Source: Chiloscyllium plagiosum (lineage: Eukaryota). Taken from it: a DNA stretch of 64,000 nucleotides. Shown piece by piece: positions 13,626 to 25,749 of this stretch. Every line of letters begins with the position of its first letter. The stretch's first letter is position 1. The notes under the pieces are model-generated. The model did not search any database. It was not told the origin of the DNA and worked only from the letters and a program-made list of their open reading frames with translations. A program made the position numbers and the translations under genes. Location: the NCBI RefSeq assembly GCF_004010195.1, contig NC_057750.1, positions 19,198,229 through 19,262,228 of the forward strand, read 5' to 3'.

Positions 13626-14904
13626 TCTAGGAATGACTAGTGCTCCTGTTCCATAGAGTTTCAAGCCCAGCCTTGCTGCTGTGCATCAGTGAGAGGGAAA
13701 CAATAGTTGTTTGCTGACATTATCCTAAAGGCTATCATTATTAACGCTGAGCTACCATCCACAACCTATCATGATTCCAGCAGTTGAATCTAAGATCACT
13801 GTTTGATTGATGGTGCAGAGTTTACTGAAGGATCACTTGTCTCTGATGCAGTAGTATGAATACAAGTCTTTTGCTCAATAAAGAATTCAGTACTAAATGA
13901 GAGTAAAAATTTCAAACGGGCTTTCATAGGAGTACTTTTATAACATAATAAATCCTGAGGTCTACCTTTGGAGCATGCTGGGTGAGTTGGTATGGAGGAC
14001 GTAAGGGAAAAGATTGATGGATGGATCAGCAGGAGATTTCATAAGTTGGCATTAAATTGCCTTTGGGACGATAAGAGTCAATGAGAGACGTGGGGTATGG
14101 GAGTTACTAGGCTTGGATAAAGACATGTGTTGACAAGAGTTGACCTGAATAGGGCATGGAGTGTGTGTGTGAGATTTACATATCTTACCACAGCACCTGG
14201 TAGCCTCTGAGGCCACATTCAATTTTCATTCATAAACATCCTCTGATGTCCTCGCACTCCCAGACACACCTAACCCACACCACCAGCCCCCACCCCACTC
14301 CGCACCACCAAATTAAAATCCTGTTTTTTGATGTAGGTTTCTCCTAATGTGTACATAGCAACCCTTGTGTCTTGATGGAATGATCTATTGACAGAGTGGA
14401 GCAGTAATCCTCCCAGCCACTGCTGAATTAGAAAGATGGTGAGATTGGAGTGGGTGCGCGTGATAAGTGAGTGAAGCTATGTTAAACATTTTGTGGATGC
14501 CTCTGTCCACAGTCAGTGGCTCTGTCTGAGTCATGTGAGCATTGTGCAGGTAGGTCTGACTTAAATCTGAATTCCTCTGATTACTCCCAAAAAGAACCTC
14601 CCTGAATTTAAGCCACTCCCATAGAGGAGACAAAGGCCACCACATTATTCACCACGATTCGCAAGGAGCAATTTTAATAGTGACAGAAAGAAAATTCTAG
14701 AAACAAGAAAAAAAGGCATGATTTACATACAAATAAAGATACAATCTCTTCGAACAATCTCTGATTCCAGCTGGTAATTGATAGTGACACAATCTGGCTC
14801 GCTCAGTCTGGCTGCTTTCACACGGAAAATATAACAAAGCAATGTAGGCCAGAATTATATAAATAGTCAATTATCAACTCTTTTTCCAAACAAATCAACC
14901 TTCT

Positions 14905-17150
14905 GGTGTGCTACTGACAAGGCCAGCATTTGTTCGCTTATTTATTTATGTTTGATTCACTCATGGGATGTGGGTGTCACTAACTGGACCAGCATTTGTT
15001 GCCCTTGGTTAGTTGCCCTTGAGAAGGTGGGAGTGAGCTGCCTTCTTGAACTGCTGCAGTTCATGTGCTGTGGGAGACCCATAATGCTGTTAGGGAGAGG
15101 AGTTCCAGGATTTTGACTCAACAACACTGATGGAATGGTGGCATATTTCCAAGCCAGGGTCGTAAGTGGCTTGGAAGGGACCTTGCAACTGTATTACCCA
15201 TCCCTAATTGCCCTTGAGAAGATTTGGTGATACAGTCCAACTGGCAAGTTCCTTATAATGCTATTAGAAAGAAGGCTTTTTATTTTGTAGTCACGATTGG
15301 GCAGGGGAACTTGCAGCTGGTGGCATTCCATGTATGTGTTCCTCTTGTCCTTCTCGATGATTGAGGTTGAAGGTTTGGATGGTACTGTTGAAGAAGCCTT
15401 GGTGAGTTGCTTGGAGACAATATACACTTCTGCCACTTTGCAACAGTAGGTGGAGGGAGTGAATGTTTAAGTTGGTGGATGAGTTGCAGGCTGCTCTGTT
15501 ATACATGGCATTAAGTGCCTTGGGTTTACTGGAGTTGCACCCACCCAGGCAAGTTTGGAGTCTCACACAACTGACTTGTTGCCTTGTAGATAGTGGATAA
15601 ACGTTTGGTCCTTGGAAGGTCAGAAGTGAGCATGCTCGCTGATTATTGCACAATGTTCAGTGCATTAGTGACTCCTCAGATACTGAAGCAGTCCGGGTCC
15701 ATATGTGGCAAAACCTGGACAATATCTAGTTTGGGTTGACAAGTGGCAAATAAGGTTTGCACCACTCAAAGTGCCAAACAATGATGATTCAATCACCTTT
15801 GACGTTCAATAGAATTCTCATCATTGAATTCCCAATTATCAACATCTTGGGTGCTTTCATTGACTTCAAACTGACCTGAACCAGCCATTTAAATAATATG
15901 GTGGAACAGCAGGTCAGAACCCAAGAATCCTCCAACAAATAACTCACCTCTTTACTCCCCAAAGCCTGTCCAAACCTTCAAGGTACAAGTCTGGAATGTG
16001 AATAATACTCCCTTTGTACCTGGAGAGTGGAGCTCTAATAATAACCAAGAAGTTTGTCATTAGCCAGGACAAGGAAGCTCACTTTGTTGGTACCACATCC
16101 ACAAATACACACTCCCTCCATTATCTGTACTTAGTGGTAGCAGTCTGTAACATCTACAAGACGCAATGCAGAAATCCACTAAGGCTTCTTCAACAGCACA
16201 TTCTAAATTCATGATCACTACTGCCCAGTAGGTCAAGGGTAGCATTAATACGTGAATATGACTGTCTGCAAGTTCTCTTCCAAGCTACTCACCATTCTGA
16301 TTCGGAAAAACATCAACATTCCTTCAGTATTGCTTGGTTAATATCCTGGAACACCATCGCTAACAGCATTGTGGATCTACTTACACCAAATTGACTGCAG
16401 CATTTCAAGTATGCTGCTCACCACCACCTTCTCTAGGACAACTCAGATGGGCAATAAATTAAGGCCCAAGCAGCAATGCCCACATCGCATGAATCAATTT
16501 TTTAAAAAGCTATGCACTGCAGTATTCCCATCCTCTGACCTGCTGTTGTAGCCACAGTATTTATAAGGCTGGTCCAGATCAGCTTCTGGTCAATGGTAAC
16601 CAGGTGATATTGATAGTGGGGCAATTCAATGAAGACAATGCTATTGAGAGTCAAGGGGAATTTTCCAGATCCACACGTGTTCAAGTGGTCATGTATAACG
16701 CAAGAGCTATTTGTGATTTATTAGATCAAGCTGGGATATTGTCCTGGTCTTGCTGTATGTGAACATGAATCTGTCCACTATCTGAGGAGATGTGAATGCT
16801 ATTAAATATCGTGCACCCACGAGAACATCCCTACTTCTGACCTTTTAATGGAGGGAAGGTTATTGAGGAGGCAGCTAAACATTATGTCCTGAGGATTTCC
16901 TGCAGGGATGGCCTGTCACTGAGATGATTGATTGCCAACAACCACAACCTCTTTCTTTATGCTAGGTAAGACGCTAAACAGTTTTCCCCTGACTCCCAAG
17001 CAGTTTAGTTTTTCTTGGGATCCTTGATGCTCACTTGGTCAAATGCTGCCATATCAAGAGCAGTTATTTTCTCTTCACCTCTAGAATACAGTCTGTGTTT
17101 GGACCAAGGCTGTACTAGAGTCTGAAAATGAGTGGCACTGATGTAAGCTA
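14905..17150. mobile_element. Cluster of old L2/CR1-type LINE 3' fragments on both strands
   Basis: Recurrent gcccttgagaaggtgg / caccaccttctc 3' end and degraded RT remnants; related pieces at 43575-43890 and 46985-47465. Confidence 0.55.
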
Positions 17151-17363
17151 AATTTACATCAACAGGTTTGTGCATGCTGGCCCACAACATTGTCCCATCA
17201 TTTCCCAATTCCTTCAGATCAGTATTGAAAGTTAGGCCTTTTCCACGGCTAGGTCTTAAGTGCTGACTTCCCTGTCCCAAACCTCTCTGCTTCTCAACCT
17301 CTCTCTCTTCCTTTACATTGCTGCTTAAAACTTGGAATTCTTCTTTAAAACGCTTCAGCAATA

Positions 17364-17685
17364 GGGGTGGCATGGTGGCTCAGTGGTTAGCACTGCTGCC
17401 TCACCGCACCAGGGTCCCAGGTTCGATTCCAGCCTTGGGTGACTGTCTGTGTTGAGTTTGCACATTCTCCCCATGTCTGTGTGGGTTTCCTCCAGGTGAT
17501 CCGGTTTCCTCCCACAGTCCAAAGATGTGCAGGTCAGGTGAATTAGACATGCTAAATTGCCCATAGTTTTAGGTGCATTAGTCAGAGGGAAATAGAACTG
17601 GGTGGGTTACTCTTCGGAGGGTCGGTGTGGACTTGTTGGGCTGAAGGGCCTGTTTCCACACTGTAAATAATCTAATCTAATCTAA
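17364..17685 (+). mobile_element. HE1/V-SINE
   Basis: Full length with a (taatc)n tail. Confidence 0.9.
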
Positions 17686-17693
17686 AAACCTAC

Positions 17694-17895
17694 TGTAGTG
17701 ATTATAATGACGTCAGACAGTTGGACCTCATAGAATATGAGTTCCCTGATTGGGGCTGTTAACCTGGTCCAATCAGGGAGCCCTGGCTCGACTCTGGAAG
17801 CTGATTCTGAGGAAAACGGATCAGTGTCAAGTACTATGCACATATAAATAGAGGATGACTGAATGACGGGATACCAGCCTCTTTGAGTTAATTTA
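17694..17895 (+). mobile_element. Gypsy solo LTR
   Basis: Homologous to the LTR at 29674-30223; TG start; flanks cctac/cctaa; internal ccctgattgg...ccaatcaggg palindrome. Confidence 0.7.
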
Positions 17896-18016
17896 CCTAA
17901 CTCCTTGTTCAAATGTTTCTTCCCCTATTCTATGATCACCTTCTTTGGTCTGTTGTTCAATTACGCTCATGCAAAGCAGCTTGAGAAAGTTAATCAAATT
18001 AAAGAAGCATCACATA

Positions 18017-18022
18017 TTTATT
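18017..18022 (-). promoter_or_regulatory. Candidate polyadenylation signal AATAAA of the PH gene
   Basis: AATAAA on the minus strand about 750 nt past the stop codon; a variant ATTAAA also occurs at 18631-18636. Confidence 0.4.
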
Positions 18023-18765
18023 CTTATTGATATATAAGGGGAACAATATTCTATTCAATTTCAAAATACTCTCCCTAATTGTGCAGTTCCAAACGACATG
18101 CTTGCATTTATATTGCAGTTTAAGCAGCTTATCAACCATCGGAATTCCCTACATGTGGTTAAGGAAGGATTAATTTGAAATACTGCAACGGTTGTTCTGT
18201 AGGTTAGTGCATCAATTATTTTGTACACATGGCAAAGTGAGAAACAGCACTGGCCCCTTTGTTCGCTTCTACATTATGTTTGTTGTGTTGTTGAGGAAGC
18301 TTCCAATTAGTTTCTCTGTCTTAATGCTGCAGTCCCTCACTGGCCTTGTTTGTATGATATTGTCCAAAAGATGTGTGGGTAGAATGACCAACAGAATGGA
18401 ATAATAGACACTGTTGCGAGAGGGATGCCAACTCCAATGGAACATTTTCCTGGAGCTTTGATCGCATGATCAAAACAAACAATCCTTAATCCCCAATCTC
18501 CAAGGTTGCTAAACCAATGAATAAAAACATTGAAAGGAAAAAAATGAAAACTATTTTGTTGATGCTGACTCTTTTTGATATCTCTCCCCCCCCCCACCAC
18601 TCCCCCAACCAGGGTTGCTGCAGGTTTGTATTTAATGTCTGGAGGCTTTGAGGCAATCTTTGAGGGTTGCCAATATTATCCAGTTGCAGGCCTGGATAGC
18701 TAATGCTTTTCCCAGCTGGAGCTCAGGTAAGAGGACAGAATAGGGTTGAAGTAGCTTGTAACCAT

Positions 18766-19073
18766 CTAGAAAGCAAACCCACCAAAGTCAAACGTGTCAA
18801 AGTCCTGATCCATAGTTTCGCATTCAAAAGAGTTATAGCCCGGACCTGGCTCAGTATCCTGGCAGCAGTCAGATGAGTGAATGCCAAGTTCCTTGAAATC
18901 CAGGGGAACTCTTTCAGAGGCTGGTGCAGAGGAGGAGGTCATCATGTAACCAAGGCTGGGGCCTGTGGCTGCGCCACCCACTAACAGGCAGGCAGCTCGG
19001 ACAAGCTTTCTGGACTGGCAACCGTGTCGCAGGCACCCTCTCGGCTGCCGTCCTTTACTCCTGTTTGGTGTAG
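18766..19073 (-). CDS. Evectin/PLEKHB-like protein, terminal coding exon (ATPNRSKG...VRAACLLVGGAATGPSLGYMM...DQDFDTFDFGGFAF*)
   Basis: ttttactccacag| acceptor, phase 1, open to TAG. LLVGGAATGPSLGYMM resembles the evectin C-terminal anchor GMLAGAATGMALGSLF. Confidence 0.85.
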
Positions 19074-19476
19074 CTGTGGAGTAAAATGCAACAGAGCCTC
19101 AGAAGAAGAAATTAGACCCTTATCAAGTTGCCCTGAATATCAAAGTGACAATAGGCAGCATGCCCAGGACAACATAAAAGCCTCTTGTGCCTCAGGAAAG
19201 GAAGACTTGCATTTGGATTGAACAGGCCGATCACTCTACAGCCAATGAATTATTGTGATGATGTAGGAAATGGGAACCAATTTGCACAATCCTACGCAGA
19301 GCAGATTAATTTCATGTTGATAAGGGCATGAAAAGTATGCAGGATCTTGCCTCTCCATCTCTTTCCTGAGTAGTACATTGGGATCTGCCTTAGAGGATAT
19401 AGAAGGAGAGTCATATCAAACTCGAAATGTTCACTTTTTTTTGTCTTTCTGCAGGTGCTGCCAAGTCATAGAGTCA

Positions 19477-19766
19477 TAGCGATGTACAGCATGGAAACAG
19501 ATCCTTTGGTCCAACCCATCCATGCCGACCAGATATCCCAACCCGATCTAGTCTCACCTGCAGCACCCGGCCCATATCCCTCCAAACACTGCCTATTCAT
19601 ATACCCATCCAAATGCCTTTTAAATGGTACAATTGTACCAGCCTCCACCACTTCCTCCGGCAGCTCATTCCATACACGTACCACCCTCTGTGAAAAAGTT
19701 GCCCCTTGGGTCCCTTTTATATATTTCCCCTCTCAAACTATGCCCTCTAGTTCTGGACTCCCCCAA
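19477..19766 (-). mobile_element. CR1 LINE 3' end
   Basis: VRVWNELPEEVVEAGTIVPFKRHLDGYMN. Confidence 0.85.
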
Positions 19767-20104
19767 AGTCCTACTGAGATTCAACAATACTTTCAGTATT
19801 TAAATTTAGGACAAACATGGGCTTTTAGGTTCATGAAAGGCAGTAAAAAGTTGCCTCAGAGCAACATTGAGGTTTTGTTTAGACTTTATATTTAAATGTT
19901 TGCTTTGATTTGACCAGATTATTTCCCAATTCAGAAGCTGAGGCACAGCAACTGCTGTTGGAAACCATTCAAGGTTGGGGCAAGCACCCAGAAATATTAT
20001 TTTTTCATCATGGGAAAACTAAGAAGACGAAATCAGTTAAAAGATAAATTCATTGTGAGGAAACCTGGCAGCCAATTTGTGCACTACAAAATCCGACATG
20101 CAGG

Positions 20105-20322
20105 ACTTGGAGATGCCGGTGTTGGACTGGGGTGTTGGATTGGGGTAGACAAAGTTACAAATCACACAACACCAGATTATAGTCCAACGGGTTTATTTGG
20201 AAGTACTAGCTTTTGGAGTGCCGTTCCTTTACACAACCACCTGATGAAGGAGCAGTGCTTTGAAAGCTAGAGCTTCCAAATAAAATTGTTGGACTATAAC
20301 CTGATGTTGTGTGATTTTCAAC
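20105..20322. mobile_element. Penelope-like inverted-terminus element, family B
   Basis: Two inverted copies of the aaatcacacaacaccag...gcactagcttt arm; ctgatgaaggagcagtgctttgaaagcta at 20241. Confidence 0.75.
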
Positions 20323-20814
20323 CACATGCAAGGAGGCTGATAGAAACTGAACAATCTGTTTTATTAATATTGCTTAAGCAGAAAAATTGTCCAGGACACT
20401 ATGGAGAACCCCCCAGTTCTTTGCTAAAATAAAACCATGAGAGCTGTTATATAACATTGGTTAGTACTGCAGGTGAAAGACACAGTCCTGACTTGGTGGC
20501 ATTCCCTCAGTTCTGCACTGCAATGGTTATATACTTTTGTGTGTGTACCTTGCCTTTAAGAGAGTTCACTTTTCAGGACTCCGTGTGCTCTGCCTATATA
20601 ATCATACAATTCGCGACTGTCAGTTAGTCTGCTGCACTTATATAAACTACATAAACAGGAATCTGTTAGGTTTGCTGTGAGGTCTCCTTCATAACTTGCA
20701 ATGAGTTTTACTGTTTTAAATAAAGTAACCCTTGGAGTTAATTACTCATTAGGAACTGATTGATCATTAGAATATTTTTATTGAAGTGACAGATCCCACA
20801 ACTCAGGCTAACTG

Positions 20815-22260
20815 CTATGGAATTACAGAGTTCAACCAGGATAAGTATGAGGTGATGAACTTGGGTAGGTAAAACAAAGCAAAGGAAGAAATGATGAGCA
20901 GATGGACCTCAGAAAGCACCGACGATTACAGGGGCATTGGAGTACATATATACCGGTCCCTTAATGTATCAGGACAGGTGGGTAAGGTGGTTAGGAAGGC
21001 AAGTAGCATACTTGCTGTTATTACCTGAGGCATAGAGTTTAAGAGCAGAGAAGTCATACTGGAACTGTATGAAATCAACTAGCTTCCTCGGCTGAGGAGC
21101 TTTAGTTATGAAGAGAGATCGGACATATTGGGGTTGTTTTCCTTGGAACAGGATTAGAATAGTTAGGTGGTTGTTTTTGAGGAGGCATGTTTGATGCATG
21201 GAGGGGCCTTTCTTTCTTGCTTCCGGCTGTGATGATTCAGCGACTCGGTTGAGTCATAGCTGATGGCCCAATGCTTTGGTGGCATCCTCCTGCTTGAAGT
21301 TATGCATAAGAATAATCATCTAGGTCAAGACAGCAAAGGAGAGGGTGTGCAACTGAAAGAAATTTCACGGAGAAGCAGCAAAGTTCCTACCTTCCCGACA
21401 ATGACATGCCATCTCCATTGCAACATGTTCTTTCTCTCAGTCAGATATGCTGAGCCTTTTATCAAAGTGGATCCTGCACAAGGACACATTGGGGGAAAAG
21501 GACTTTGAACAAAAAGAGAGACAAAATAAATCAATGCTCAGTTTAAATACGTCAGAGAAATAACACAAGGAAAGGCATAGTGAAGAGATGAAAGTGGATG
21601 AAGAGGGTATTCCAGCAAGATTGATGAGTCATCTGGTCGGGATGGTCAGTTAGGTTACTGAAGGAAATAGTGTGGAAATCATTGAGACTTTGACCAGTCT
21701 CCCAGTCCTCGTCAGGTATGGGTCAGATGACTAGAGGACTACAAGTACTACTAAAAATGGAAAGAGGAAGAGGCCTATATTACAGGTCAGTCATTTTATT
21801 GTCAAAGGTGAGGAATCTCTTGAAAACAATAAATTAATATAAAATTAATTGATGCATGAAAAAGTATGAGCTAATAAATAAATGACCAACTTGAAGGAGT
21901 TCTTTGATGAAGTGAAGGAGAGATTTGATGAGGACAGTATTTCTGAAGTTCGGTAAATGGACCAGGCATTTGGTAAAGTAGCATATCATAATGCATAAAC
22001 AAAATTAAAAACCATTAAATTAAATTTAAAAGGAGCATCAACAGATTGGATACAAACTTTCCAAAGGAATTAAAAATGTTAAAGAGAGGTGACCAGTTGT
22101 TTTTCAGATTGGAGGGAGACGTCTATCTTTTTGATATATTGTAATGACCTGGACTTAAATATCCACAGGACATCATTGTTTGTGGATGATATAAAATTTG
22201 AAAGTGCAGTGTACAATGAAGATAATTTACAGTTTACAGGAGGATATGGACAGGCAGATC
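20815..22260 (+). mobile_element. Old CR1 fragments flanking exon 4 (about 20815-21170 and 21600-22260)
   Basis: Degenerate RT motifs (NDLDL...FVDDIK) and KSREVILELY-like segments. Confidence 0.6.
21391..21502 (-). CDS. Evectin/PLEKHB-like protein, coding exon 4 (SFSPNVSLCRIHFDKRLSISD*EKEHVAMEMACHCRE; in-frame TGA at 21437-21439)
   Basis: Long polypyrimidine tract with caaag| acceptor and GAA G|gtagga donor. At 112 nt, phase 0 to 1, it bridges exon 3 (phase 0) and exon 5 (phase 1) exactly. Confidence 0.7.
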
Positions 22261-22940
22261 AAAGGAAAACACAAGTCTCTATTAAACCATTTTTGCAAAC
22301 AATGAGGAATGACAATGTGAACTGCATCCATGCTCTGATATTTGAAAAAGACAGAATGAGTTGCAAAGTTTCTTAAAACAAAACATTAGACCTTTGACTT
22401 TTTTGAGTTCCCTTTTTCCCTTTCATTCCTGATACACAGCTATTTCTGGCATGTCTAGAGAACACTGTACAAATTGTTCAATCCAGCTGGCATCTCTTTA
22501 TTCTTCATGATTCATTTTATAAAGGGCAACACTTACTTTGTTAACTTTTATCTATTTTTAAACATTTGAAGAAACCTACCTATCTGTTTTTACATTTTTG
22601 GCTGACTTTCTCTCATATTCTATTTTTTCCCACCTTGTTAATCTTTTAATAATAACTTGCTTTTTTTTTAATATTCTGTCCAAATCTTCTTACTTGCAAC
22701 TTAGCTCTGGACAATTATATGTTTCTTCTTTGAGTTGGTGGCTATCGTTGACTCTTTTAGTTAACCATGGCTGGCAGTCAGTCCTTTAGAATATTCCTTA
22801 TTTATTTGAATGTTTTCTATTTTATGATTTCTGGAATATCCCCTTAAAAACTTGTCATTGCATCTCTGTTGACCTATCCCCCAAACTAAATTGCTAGTTC
22901 ACTTTTACAAGTTTTGCTTTCATCCCCTCATTGTTGCTCC

Positions 22941-23320
22941 AGGGTAGGCGATGGCCTAGTGGTATTATCGTTCAATTATTAATCCAGAATAATGTTCTGG
23001 AGACTTGGGTTTGAATCCTGCTACAACAGATGGTGGAATTTGAATTCAATAAACAATGTCATAGTTGACTGATGACTATGAAACCATTGCTGGAAAAATC
23101 CATCTAGTTCACTAATTTCTTTTGGGAAGAAAATCTGTTATCCTTACCTGGTCTGGCCTAAATGTGACTCCAGAGCCACAGCAATGTGGTTGACTCTCAA
23201 CTGCTCTCTGAAATGGTCTAGCAAGCCACTCAGTTCACCATCACCTTCTCAAGGGCAAACAGGGATGGGCTATCAATACTAGCCAGTCAGTGACACCCAA
23301 GTCCCACAAATGAATTTTAA
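22941..23320 (+). mobile_element. tRNA-derived SINE with L2-type tail, inserted in an old minus-strand CR1 (about 22400-23900)
   Basis: gatggcctagtggtatta...gggtttgaatcc head and caccttctcaagggcaa tail; related copies at 46390-46530 and 58430-58860. Confidence 0.6.
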
Positions 23321-24015
23321 AAAGATTCAAAATAATAGTCATGGTCCCACACTTCTCTCCCTTCAACTGTAGGTACATTTAAATACAATATGGTTGCTGC
23401 TATCCAGGTATTCTTTCTTGTTGGTCAAAACCAGGTCTAGTGTAGCCTGCTCTTTGGTTGGAGCCATTGCATCTAGGTCTAAGATATTGGCCAAAATATT
23501 TTTCATCTGGATTACTTTTTCCCCATCTGATTGTCCAATCTATATGTACACTAAACTATGCCAAGATAATAGCTTTTTAAAAGCTCCCATTATTTCTTCC
23601 TTGATACCCTGTCCTATCATACAGCTTCCTTTAGAGCACCAGTACACAACTCCCAAAACTGACCTCTTAGCTTAATCGTTTCCACCTCGACTGGGACTGC
23701 TTCTATACCCTGTTTCCTGAATTTAGGATACTCCTCTTTTTTGTGCTCAAACAATCTATAATTGATAGAGACCCTCCTCCATTTTTTCCTAGCTTTCTGT
23801 CTGTCTTCGTCACAGTCTTCAATACTTAGGTCCCAATTGAGAGCATCCTGCAGCCATGTCTCAGTTAAGGCCCCAAGATCATACATAGTTATCTGAATTT
23901 GTACTACCAGTTCATCTGTGCCTTAGGATTTGTCCCTGTATTATTTTTGCAACCTCTAGTCTTATCTGCTGATTTGCATTCTCTAATTCTTCTTGTCATT
24001 ATGTGGTTTATCTAT

Positions 24016-24630
24016 TGTCACAAAGCTAGTCCCTTTTTTTCTAAAAGCTGTTCCTTGGCTCAAGGAGACTCTGTCCTTGATTGTTTTCAGAGTGGTAATA
24101 AACTGGGCTGGGCACCGATCAGTCTGGTTTGGTACAGAGATGAAAAGGATTTTGAGAGCCTTTTGTTTATATGTAAACAGATGAGACTTCAGGCCAAAGT
24201 GGTCATGCTTTAGAGTTGCCCTGTATAAAGAGAGGGGAGCGGTCAGCTCTCTAACTAGTTGAGCTGAGCAGTTTTAGTTCAGTCTTGAACTGGGAAATTT
24301 AACAGGGAGCTATGTGGAAACTCCCTTTTTTTTCTGTCCTTCAACTTCAACCTGTTCCATTTATACTGGTTTCTAAAAGGAGGTTGCTTATTGGGACTGT
24401 TGTGTGTATTCGGAACAGCAAAACTATTTATAGCTGGATAAGTTGAGTTTATTCTGTTCTTTGTTTTCATTGTGTAATTTTGTGAATAGATCTTTTGTCT
24501 GTTTTAAAAACTAGTAGTCAACCTAGCTATCTTACTCCAGGTAATTTTCACTTACTGAAACAAATTGCAAAGTTAGGTTTAGGGCTGCCTGCTTAAGAAT
24601 GTTTTGAGTGGTCTGGCCTAGTCCATAACA
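24016..24630 (+). mobile_element. Solo LTR (615 bp)
   Basis: TG...CA termini (tgtcaca / cataaca) flanked by a perfect 4-bp TSD, CTAT. Confidence 0.7.
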
Positions 24631-24636
24631 CTATTC

Positions 24637-25258
24637 ATAGAACATAGAACTGCACAGCACAGGAACAGGCCCTTAGGTCCAAAATGCTGTTCTGAACATA
24701 ACGCCAAATGAAACTATTCCCTTCTGCCTGCCGTTGATCCATATTCCTCCATTCCTTGCATTTTCATGTGCTTATCTAAAAAGTCCCTGAAATGTCCTTA
24801 TCGTATTTGCTCCACAAGCACCCTGGCAGTGCGTTCCAGGCTCCTACCACTCTCTGTGTAAAAGACCTGCCTCTCACATCTTCTTTGAAATTTCCCCCTC
24901 TCACCTTAAATGCATGCTCCTAGTTTTAGACATGATTTGGAGATGCTGGTGTTGGACTGGAGTGTGCAAAGTTCAAAATCACACAACACCAGGTTATAGT
25001 CCAACAGGTTTAATGAAGGAGTGCTGCTCCAAAAGCTAGTGCTTCCAATTAAACCTGTTGGACTATAACCTGGTGTTGTGTGATTTTTAGTTTTAGACAT
25101 TTCAACTCTGGGAAAAAGATTCTGATCATCAGCCCTATCTTTGCGTCGCTTAATTTTATAAACTTCTATCAAGTCTTCCCTCAGCCTCCACTACCCTAGA
25201 GAAAACAATCCTAGTTTTTCTAGCTTCTTCTTATAGCTCATACCTTCTAATCCAGGCA
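24637..25258 (-). mobile_element. CR1 LINE 3' end with a nested Penelope insertion
   Basis: LIEVYKI...LFPRVEMSKT segment and (agaacat)n tail. Confidence 0.8.
24934..25087. mobile_element. Penelope-like inverted-terminus element, family B
   Basis: Inverted arms; 13-bp TSD tagttttagacat at 24921-24933 and 25088-25100. Confidence 0.8.
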
Positions 25259-25289
25259 GACTAGGCAATAGATGAATGACAAGTCTTAC

Positions 25290-25323
25290 CTCTTTCATCT
25301 TCCTTAGTACCTTCAACCAATGG
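25290..25323 (-). CDS. Evectin/PLEKHB-like protein, coding exon 3 (34-nt micro-exon, PH C-terminal helix SHWLKVLRKMKE)
   Basis: ttctcctgatgcag| acceptor, GAG|gtaaga donor, phase 2 to 0. Provides the invariant PH helix tryptophan. Confidence 0.85.
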
Positions 25324-25554
25324 CTGCATCAGGAGAACAAATACAAGTGTTATTATTTAATGCCTAAGCATGAGGGGGTTTGTGAATTCCAAGATGACAT
25401 GAAAATTAAAATTTCTGTGATAAGGCATTTATTTACAAAGATGCTCCACCAGTCAGGATTAATATTTATTAAGCGGATGCTCTGTCCACACATTTTGATA
25501 ACTTTGTGAAATACCTGTCAGAGTTCAGGTAATGTCTAGCATATTGAGAATCAA

Positions 25555-25749
25555 AGGTCTAATGCCTAAAATGTCAACTCTCCTGCTGCTCAGATGCTGC
25601 CTGATCTGTTGTGCTTTTCTGGTGTCACGGGTTTTGACTGTTTATCATTGCTGTCAAGATTAGAGTGGTGCTGGAAAAGCACAGCAGGTCAGGCAGCATC
25701 TGAGCAGCAGGAAAATCAATGTTTCGGGCAAAAGCCCTTCATCAGGAAT
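25555..25749. mobile_element. Two Penelope-like family A termini in opposite orientation
   Basis: Degenerate plus-strand copy, then agattagagtggtgctgg...gtttcgggcaaaagcccttcatcaggaat. Confidence 0.7.

Noticed and set aside
17364..17435. tRNA genes
   Set aside because: A/B-box heads continue into the V-domain and CR1 tail, so these are SINEs.
18000..18765. SECIS element that would make the exon-4 TGA a selenocysteine codon
   Set aside because: Candidates (gtgagggactgcagcattaa; ttgataagctgcttaaactgca...) lack a paired helix II and a correctly placed 3' GA quartet by eye; SECISearch is needed for a final answer.
21325..21534. ORF-track frame (QSPFPPMCPC...) as a stop-free version of exon 4
   Set aside because: No AG acceptor gives phase 0 in that frame, and its donor would be phase 0, incompatible with the phase-1 terminal exon.
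23069..23085. ctgatgactatgaaac as a hammerhead core
   Set aside because: There is no stem II between the boxes, and sister SINE copies read aatgatgacc, so the match looks coincidental.
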